Assembly: GCA_964035545.1 (NCBI GenBank)
Contig: CAXIUT010000241.1
Span: 1-31,871 of the forward strand
Origin: Bugula neritina
Lineage: Eukaryota; Animalia; Bryozoa
Reading direction: 5' to 3'
Length of the DNA: 31,871 bases
Shown here piece after piece: positions 23,673-31,871 of this stretch. Position numbers and translations under genes: made by a program. A model generated the notes under the pieces. It saw only the letters and a program-made list of their open reading frames with translations, was not told where the DNA came from and did not search any database. How positions within the stretch are numbered: the first letter of the stretch is position 1; every line of letters begins with the position of its first letter.

Positions 23673-25215
23673 ATGACACATAAAAGTTATACCTTTCTCA
23701 ATAGCAAAGATAAAACCAGTTTTCCTAGCCAAATTCCATCAAAATTTCCTATCTCGCCCCAACAACCTACTCTCCCCTTCAAAAACACCAACCAAAGATA
23801 ATAACAAATAGCATTGGATCATAGCAAATTCGATATAACATCAAAGATGAAAGGATTATAATCAAGGATGAAATAAAGAGGATTTATTCCTCAAAATAAA
23901 CTAAGAAATAGTGCTACAGATATCAATGATTTTCCTAATATATTTTATAACTAAGAAAAACCAAGTCCGAAATCAGCTAAACAACTAGATATATTCAGAA
24001 ATACATGGCAGTAAGTACCAAGTATACCACAATACAGCAAAAAATAAAATAAAAATCAGTAGTGGGTTATAAACTAAAACAAAAAATAAAAAAATAAAAT
24101 AAACAATCAATTGAACACTCCAATAAAACAATAAAACAATCCTCTAGATAGTGTAAAATAAAAACAAATAACTTTTATCAACAACAACCACCATAGTATA
24201 TAACAACCAATAAAACAATAAAAAAATTAACCTTAGCCTATCAGATAGAGTCCAACCTAAAAAATAAAAAACAGACTACAAAAATCAATCCAAGTACTTT
24301 CACAGATAAAGCAAAAAGATCTAACAAAAATACACAAATAAAAAATAAGAAAGGCATCATCAAATATGCAAGGATAATTACCAGTAATAAATGGTTTTAG
24401 AATAGGAGTATCTCTCGGTCGAGGTAAATTCGGATAGGTGTTTTTGTCAAGACATGAAGCAACTGGTTTTGTTGTCGCTTTGAAAAAAGTTATGAAAAGT
24501 AAATTGGTGTAGTTTAAGTTGATTCATCAGTTTATCAAAGAAATAAGGTTGCATAGTTCTTTGGATAATCCTCATATAGTTAAATTTTTTGGTTTTTTTT
24601 AATAAACAGATAGCATTTATCTCATCTTGTAATACATGAATGGAGGCACCCTTTTCGACTATCTCAATACTGTCGGCACCATCAGCATTAGATAAACTGT
24701 CGACTACCTCAGAGATGTAATATAAGCTGTCACAGAATTGCATAGTCGTTCAATTGCCCACAGAGACATCAAGCCTTAAAATATAGTTATAAATAGTTAA
24801 GGAGTGGCTAAGCTATGTGATTTCGGATGGGCAGTTATCGTTGACAGTTTACGGACCACATATTGTGGAACTTTATAATACGTTTGTCCTTAGATTTTAT
24901 AAAAGAAATAATATGATTAATCTGTTGATATTTGGAGTATTGGCATTTTGACGTATTAGATGTTGATGGGCAGAGCTCCTTTCTAGGATAGGGATCGATC
25001 TGTCATTAGAAATCTGATTCTTAATGTATTAATATTAGTATATTTAGGTCTAGAGTGGAACTTTGACCTTTAACTAGGGTGTACCCGTTTAGGCTAGATA
25101 GTTTGTGGAATGGCTGGTTCAAAAATAACCATAAAAACGACCAGATGTCAAGGAGTTGCTTGGTCATGATATGTTTAAGAAATATGGAAGTAAAGGAAGG
25201 AAAGTTATGGTTTGA
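23673..25215 (+). CDS. Aurora-like Ser/Thr protein kinase with long low-complexity N-terminus (506 aa)
   Basis: FRIGVSLGRGKFGEVFL, VVALK, HRDIKPEN, KLCDFGWAV, RTTYCGTLEYVCPE, SVDIWSIGILTYEMLMGRAPFE. DFGW is typical of Aurora kinases. 22-nt intron at 25026-25047. Confidence 0.92.
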
Positions 25216-25338
25216 TTTTTGAATTTACTTTAACCGAGTCAAATCATCATCATATAATAAATAATAATAAATAATAAACTATCTTTTAGTATAGTTTTAT
25301 TGAAAGAAGTGTTTGATAAATGGATTAATGTATAGATA

Positions 25339-26085
25339 TCAGATACACCCATCGATTTTTTAAAGATAGATTTTGATATCAAAAGCCAACTGTTTGGATG
25401 ATATCATCTTATCCATAAATTTATTATGATTCTACTCGTAATCAGTATAAGGCTTTACCTACAACTTCTGCATCTTTCTCAACCGACCCAACTAAGGATA
25501 CTTCTGCAACTACTACTCGATGTTTACATGCGACCCCACCTACACCCCCAACTACCTCCTCGACTACGGATTCACTAGCTGTTTCGATGATTTAGAATGA
25601 ACGTGAAGAGCCTTTTTAGTTGACCTTGCTGTCGGTATTTGTGTCTATCTGGCTGATTGGCATTGTCTTGCCGATTAGCATTGTCCATACTTGACTGATT
25701 ATAGTATGATGTTATCTTTGTTGGTAAAGCTGATGGTATTGGTTGTATTTGGTCTTTGTTTTTTATTAATTTTAATTTTTTCTGTTGGTTATTTGGTTTA
25801 TTAAGTAAGCACCTGAACCAAAGTTTTCTTTTTACTGATATATTTTTTATTTTATTTTGCAAAAACATTTGCCTACTTAAACAACTCCTCAAATTTGTTA
25901 TTAATTTTGAATTACTTTTTAGAAAGACCATGATCAGATTTAAATTTATTTAGCTGCCCCCTTGAATGACTTTTCTATGCCTTGATGAGTTTATTCATGG
26001 AGTTGCGTTCGTTTCTGAAAGGATGGAAAGATGTTTCAGGACAGTTACTGTTACTTTTGGTCAGCTAAAGTTGAATAAGGTGCAT
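25339..26085 (-). CDS. Hypothetical protein (248 aa)
   Basis: 249-codon ATG-to-TGA frame (MHLIQLELTKSNSNCPETSFHPF...); a different frame from the track ORF 25575-25931. Confidence 0.6.
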
Positions 26086-26173
26086 TTGATGGTTTAAATT
26101 GTTTTATTTATGTGAATATGAATATAATAAATTGGTTTATATTTTATGAATGAGCAAATGAACAAAAAGATAA

Positions 26174-27022
26174 TCAGAGTTATGATTCTAGATATCTTTT
26201 AATAGAATATGCTAATTTTTTACTCTATCTCATCTTGTTTATAAATATCTGATTGTTTAATTATATATGTTCATTCAATTTAGGCCAATGCTTATACCTA
26301 GGAATCTCACTGCTATCAACCACTCCCCCCATACTGTCAACCCCTATGATCTTCTGCTACTTCTCTCTCTTAAGACTTTTTGATATCTTTTTTATCTTAT
26401 CTGCTATATCTTTATGCTCTAGAGGATTCAACTTAACTCTGCTCTTTATCTTCTCCTTAATCGATTCACTCGTCTCAGATCTGGTCTATTTTTTAAGACC
26501 GGCCAGCTTCAAACTCCCACTTCTCTTTATTTCACTCAAATCAGTTGACATAAATTTTTACAACAGATGCGTATTGCTAAATGTTTTCACATCATTGGAT
26601 TATTCAGGACTAGGACTGGCAGGTAGAGTTAAAGCATTAGGATGACTAAATTTTCTTATTTGGATTTTGACTTTACCATCATTTTGATTTATTTCTATAG
26701 GATTATGAAATTAAAATGTTTTGCTTATCTGCTCTTAGACCCTATCAGGTTTTTATATTGTTATATTGGTCAAAGGAGTCGGATCATGTTTGAGTGACGG
26801 AATGGTATCCAAAATAATTGTCTTTTTTGTTAGTAGTTTTTGTTTTAAGAGGTTTGTTTTTGGTTGGGCTGGCTATTGGATCAATCTGCCCATGCCATCT
26901 CGCTATGATGCGAAGGGAACGAATTGTAAATTGCTGCAGCTAAATGTTTTTCTTGCTTGGATTATGAATTGGATTGGAGAATGATGCTTTTATATGTTTT
27001 TTCTTGAGGTTCTTACCTACAT
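26174..27022 (-). CDS. Hypothetical protein (282 aa)
   Basis: 283-codon ATG-to-TGA frame (MEVRTSRKNIEKHHSPIQF...); no motif recognised. Confidence 0.65.
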
Positions 27023-27215
27023 TAATATATATTTTATGTAATAAATTTACAATCATCAATATAAAACACAAGCATATCTAAGATATATCTCAATCAGTAT
27101 TTTATCTACTATCTGTAATACAACTAAACTCACAAAATTATCCTAACTAACCATAATAAAAATAGTTATTCTTTATATATAAGATATAAGAATATACCAA
27201 AAGATATTAAATACA

Positions 27216-27869
27216 TCATTATTATTTATCATAACAACTCCTGCCTATCTTCTTCTTAACCTCAGGCAAATACACCAATATATTTTTAGCCCTCCAATAC
27301 ACATCTTTATGCATCAACTTGTCCGCCCGCAATATATGAAGAGCATACCGATGTCGAATAAACCACACATAGAAGACCCCAAACGCCTTCTTGAACAAAC
27401 GCTCCTCCTCCTCCCCTTCATAATGATTCAAAAGATCCAGCAAGTTAGTGAGGCCAATAGTTTACTACTGTCTTTATTTATAATATTGCTTTGCTTGATT
27501 TTAATTGGTAATCGCCAATCTTTTATGTATTTGTTTGACTTTATGTGCATATTGTTTAGATATGTATCGTTTTGCTATGAATTTCAAAGAATTATTGTAC
27601 ATATTTTTTAAATAATCCTTTGACTTCTATCTACATATCTATCCTTTCTTTTGGCGTTTTTGGTTGAAAAGATTGTTCTATTTTTGTTATTCCTCATTTA
27701 TCAATAAAGGTTGATGGCTAATATTCATGCTATTGATTTTGGACGTTTGTCTTAAGAAACTGTTAATGGGTGTGATTGATGGGCTATTTAGTGGTTGTTG
27801 ATGGGGTTCTGGATGCAGGACAGCATTGATGAAGGATTCCAACTCTTACTCTGAGGTGGGTAGGGTCAT
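27216..27869 (-). CDS. Hypothetical basic protein (217 aa)
   Basis: MTLPTSEEELESF... is in frame with track ORF 27222-27443 and ends TAA TAA TGA. Confidence 0.7.
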
Positions 27870-28012
27870 AAATAATCATTCTAACTTAATAATTGCATTA
27901 GGCTTTAAAATCTGATACTATTCTTGTAACCATTATGCTCGCTTTATCATACTATCATCATATAATTATCAACTACAACATCAGTATCCTATTATAAATA
28001 CATAGATATCTA

Positions 28013-28501
28013 TCATTTGCGTCCTTTTTGTTTCTTATTTATTATCTTTCTTTTGAGTTTTTTCTTTCTCTGATTCAGTTTTTGAATCTGGTTGAATTTC
28101 TTGGTAGTAAATTGTTTCTATTGATCTAATTTAAGAAAATAATCAGTAAACGAACTAATACTATTCTTTTTTATTTTAGATTTTTTAGTTGGCTACCCCC
28201 CAGTCATATAACCAACTTGCACATCTTTCGGCAACTTCTTCAATTAGGTATTTTTACCCGTTATATCTTTCTGATCAATATAGCCCTTCAACTTCAATAG
28301 AACTAGCTCATTTTGGATGTTCTATGTCGATTAGTTCGATATAAATTATGCTGTTTCTTTTGGATGGTCAAATGGTTTTATTGAAGTTGGCAACTTTTAC
28401 GATAACCTTTTTAGTTATTATTTGTAGGATGTTGAGACTGGGAGATAGGAATAGTTCGGGTCGGTTTTTGTTTGAGGGCAGGATAATAATGTTTGCAGCA
28501 T
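28013..28501 (-). CDS. Fcf2-like pre-rRNA processing protein (162 aa)
   Basis: IQNELVLLKLKGYIDQK...KKLPKDVQVGYM...KNSISSFTDYFLKLD...TKKFNQIQ plus a basic tail resembles the Fcf2 domain. Confidence 0.6.
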
Positions 28502-28788
28502 TCAACAATTATAGCATAAGAAATTAACTAATAAAATAATAAGTAAAATAAATAAAATTCATTTAGTTATATACTATCACCTGTTTTTTTGTTATTTAGG
28601 TTTATTATTTAATGAATAATATTCATATTGCAGTATAACTATCTCAAATAGTTCCCTTGATATTTATGTATTCTTCTTATCAAAATCAACATAAAAACAA
28701 AATAACCTCATATAATTTCTTTCTATACTATCTAATAAAATTCAATTGAAAACGTGTACACCGCTGCCTATATGATATATTAATTAAA

Positions 28789-31060
28789 ATGCAAAAGCCA
28801 ATCCGCTAGAAATCCCAAATAATCGACGACGATTCCTAATTTCGGTACATCTCTCATCATACAGCATATAATAGCTATAAACTTTAGCCAAATAGACCAA
28901 CCGCCTCCACTCAAAACAGTATCAAATCGTATCGATAATCGGCTCCCAAAGTTCAGGCAAAAGCACCCTACTCAACTCTCTCTTCGGAACAGATTTCGAC
29001 GTCCTCAATCGCAAACAAAGAGTCGGGCAGACTACCAAAGGAATCTGGTTTAGTGTATAAACTCCATCAAATATCATTATACTCGATGTCGAAGGAAGCG
29101 ATTCCAATTAGCGAGAGGAAAGGACTGTATGTTATGTGTTTATTATAGAAAATATAAAGAAAAAATTCATTGTTTGCTTTTGCCATTTCGCATACACTGC
29201 TCATCAATATCTGGATCCAGCAGATCGGTACATTCAAGGGAGCGCAACTGTAGATACTATAGATAGTACTGTAGTTGAATTTGAAGTTATTTGGAAACGA
29301 GAAGCCCAAGCAGATAATATTCGTTGTGAGAGATTTCGTATAGAAAAGAGAGAATCCGTAGGCATTGAAGTAGAAGTTGGTGTAGAAGGTGAAAGATGCA
29401 TGGATGAAAATACCAAAACCTACTGGTAAATAAAATGTACAATTATAAGATGTATTCGAGATGACTGTTTTCTTTTTGCCATCTAAATTGCAATAAAGAT
29501 AGAAATAAAATTGGTAGAAAGGTATCAAATCTCTCAAGCAACATCTAGTTGAAAGCACTAAAAACAAATAATTGGTGCATGATAATGTGCCTGTTACTGA
29601 TATGCCTCGATATATGTAAAATATATGGTAGACAATAGCCAGTGATAAAGATATCAACCTTCCGCAATAAAAAGTACTGCTATCATCGATGCGTTGTCAA
29701 TAAATCAAAAAAATGGTGTTTTAAAATTATTTATAAAAATTTAGAGATTAGTTAGAACGCAGCTAGAGAAGTGTTAATTTGGAATTTAAAAAAAATATGG
29801 TTTAGATAGTTGATGATATGTTAGGTGAGTATAAGAAGGAGACGGTTGGGTATATCGAGGAGTAGGTTGTCAAAGTTCGAGAGGAGATGGTGAGGGAGGT
29901 TGAAGATCGGGTTGAGGAAAGTTTTTTGAAGCAGAGTAATATGGTTGGAGATTAGTGTTTGAGGGATTTTGCATAAACAGCTGGAAAGATACTAGGGAAA
30001 TAGAAAAATGTTTAATTAGTCAAAGAAGAAAGAGATAAAGTAGTTTAGAAATTTCATTAACAAATATCGAAAATAAGTTATAAATAGTAATGGTAACAAC
30101 CTCGAGTTGGTCGTTTTTCTTTATAACTATAAAAGAAATACAAACAGTTGCTAGGTAAAATAGTAAACGATTCCATGAAATAATTCCATAGAATTTTGAA
30201 GAAACAGATGTAAAATGCAGTTAGTAATTGTTTTTATGATCGTTAAGTATTTACAGATAAATTTTGGTAGACATTGCGCGAAGAAAGAGGTAAAATCGGT
30301 TCAAAATCAAAGAATTCAATTCAAAATCTATACCGCAGTTTAGGTTTAGGATAAAAGAAATAATAACAATAATCAAAAATACAATAAGCCTAAAAGTATG
30401 CCCTTTAAGAACTACGTAACTTCATAAAGATGAAATGCGTAGATTTGAAATATTTCATCATGAAACATTTCGAACACTAATTCAATAACTAAAATGATAT
30501 TCCCAGGCAATGGTCCTCCATGAAATAAGAAGAAATCAATCAGTTGTATGTAAATCTATTGATATTCAGGAATAATTGAAAAATAAATATCGAATGCTCG
30601 TTGACCAGTTTAGAAACTTTTAAATATAAGGAAAAACTCTATATAGAGGCAGTCTGATTGAACCCAAATTAGTCGATTAAAGTCTAACTATACTCACAGT
30701 TAAAGAATAGGCTAATATTGTTAAAAAGCTAGATGAAGAAATGGCTAAAGTTCTAGAATAATCTCTCAGAAAAAATGTACCCATCTATCTATCCAGAAAT
30801 AAACCTACTCAGCTTCCATACCTACCTGGGCCTACATCGCTCTCGGAGTAGCAGCAATCGATGACATCTTGATGTGGTTTTCATCTCCCATTCTGGCAGT
30901 TCCTCTAACTATCGTATTGCTGTTAATCGTGTTGGTATTTGTCTTTGGAGGCAAGAGTGTGACTGATAGGTTGTTTGGAGCTGTTAAAAGTGCAGCTGAG
31001 GAAGGAGTTGCCAGTGTGACTCGATCTGCTGCTTCAAGTATCATGAAGAAAACTAATTGA
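28789..31060 (+). CDS. SEY1: Sey1/RHD3 atlastin-like ER fusion GTPase (729 aa)
   Basis: [62 protein letters not shown] and C-terminal TM hairpin [10 protein letters not shown]. Introns at 28845-28864, 29127-29148, 30550-30569, 30777-30796. Confidence 0.93.
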
Positions 31061-31122
31061 TCTCTCGATATAAATATTATTTGCTAAAATAGTATGTTAT
31101 ACTATGGTATATAATAGATGTA

Positions 31123-31727
31123 TCAAAAATCAACTAATCTATGTGCACTATTAATTCCCATTTTTTATGTTATCTATTTGAATTTTTATCTATGATTTCC
31201 TCTACATTTCAAAAAGAACACAAAATTGATAGCATTCAATAAAAAACAAACCGCACACAGTGATATCCAGAAAAGACTGCTCAAAATCAATGATAACACT
31301 ACACTTATTCCCCAAAATAAATTGCCTGTCATACATAATCCCCAAAATATAGCCTAATTTGCTTTATGCAACTGATATCCTTCATTCGATAGAAACATCC
31401 ACTCCTATTCCCCTGTTTCCAAATCAACCCGCAACCACCAAGTCATATTGACCAATTTCCTGCCCGTAATGTTCTTCAAAGTCCAAAAATCAACTGCCGA
31501 TCCAGCCAGCACCAACGTAAAGCCCAAGATCTTGATCTGAGTAGTCGTAAAGAAACTAAATAAATTAAAATGTACAAGATGATAGGTAATAATTTTAGGA
31601 CAATAGCAAGGCTACAAAAAGGAAGACTAAGTTTCATTTAGCTATCTTGGATATCAGTTTGCGAGTAAGATGTAGGCGCCACATCTATCTACGAACGAGT
31701 ATGTTACTATTTTTACTATTCGATCAT
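31123..31727 (-). CDS. TVP23: Golgi membrane protein TVP23/FAM18 (194 aa)
   Basis: AVDFWTLKNITGRKLVNMTWW...GEEEWMF...AIFWG. 20-nt intron at 31556-31575. Confidence 0.88.
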
Positions 31728-31778
31728 TTATCCTTTTTTTGAATAATTATATCAAATAATATAAGCAATATATAACTA

Positions 31779-31871
31779 GGGGTTGGGGTTGGGGTTGGGG
31801 TTGGGGTTGGGGTTGGGGTTGGGGTTGGGGTTGGGGTTGGGGTTGGGGTTGGGGTTGGGGTTGGGGTTGGG
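31779..31871 (+). repeat. Terminal telomere (GGGGTT)15 GGG
   Basis: 93 nt of perfect G4T2 repeat, G-rich strand running 5'->3' to the window end. Confidence 0.98.

Noticed and set aside
20331-27224. TAR-TAR-TGA endings (20331-20339, 27216-27224) as evidence of context-dependent TAA/TAG termination
   Set aside because: Only two of about 21 genes, both still ending in TGA; consistent with ordinary Glu-Glu C-termini.
278-31044. Most ORFs in the supplied track as independent genes (e.g. 2048-2353, 2354-2773, 6917-7369, 24447-24743, 26253-26645, 29067-29657)
   Set aside because: They are antisense or off-frame shadows, or fragments, of larger TAR=Glu genes.
1-31871. Standard ciliate code (TAR=Gln) or a Tetrahymena origin suggested by G4T2 telomeres
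   Set aside because: Invariant Glu positions use TAR, and the introns are far shorter than Tetrahymena introns.
1-31871. tRNA, rRNA or transposon genes
   Set aside because: None recognisable by eye; tRNAscan-SE and Infernal would be needed to exclude small RNAs.

Overview
AT-rich, gene-dense ciliate macronuclear-type DNA. The standard-code ORF track is misleading. Invariant Glu positions of several conserved proteins (kinase HRDIKP-E-N, Sey1 E-R-K, tyrosinase E-x-x-H) are encoded by TAA or TAG, conserved Gln always uses CAR, and only TGA terminates. This is the peritrich nuclear code (TAR=Glu), so the source is most likely a peritrich ciliate (inference). Re-reading by hand with this code and 20-22 nt GT-AG introns gives about 22 genes: a CS/p23-like protein, an HP1-like chromodomain protein, two tandem ~915-aa tyrosinase-like type-3 copper proteins, TDP1, two inverted Frag1/DRAM-like paralogs flanking a B-box protein, a 5'-truncated membrane protein, a ciliate two-TM protein, ANP32-like and other LRR proteins, an alpha-carbonic anhydrase lacking all three Zn ligands, an Aurora-like kinase, Fcf2-like, Sey1/RHD3, TVP23 and several hypotheticals. 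The window ends in a (GGGGTT)n telomere and has a second, same-orientation (GGGGTT)n tract at 14452-14520. All translations were done manually; no database searches were run.
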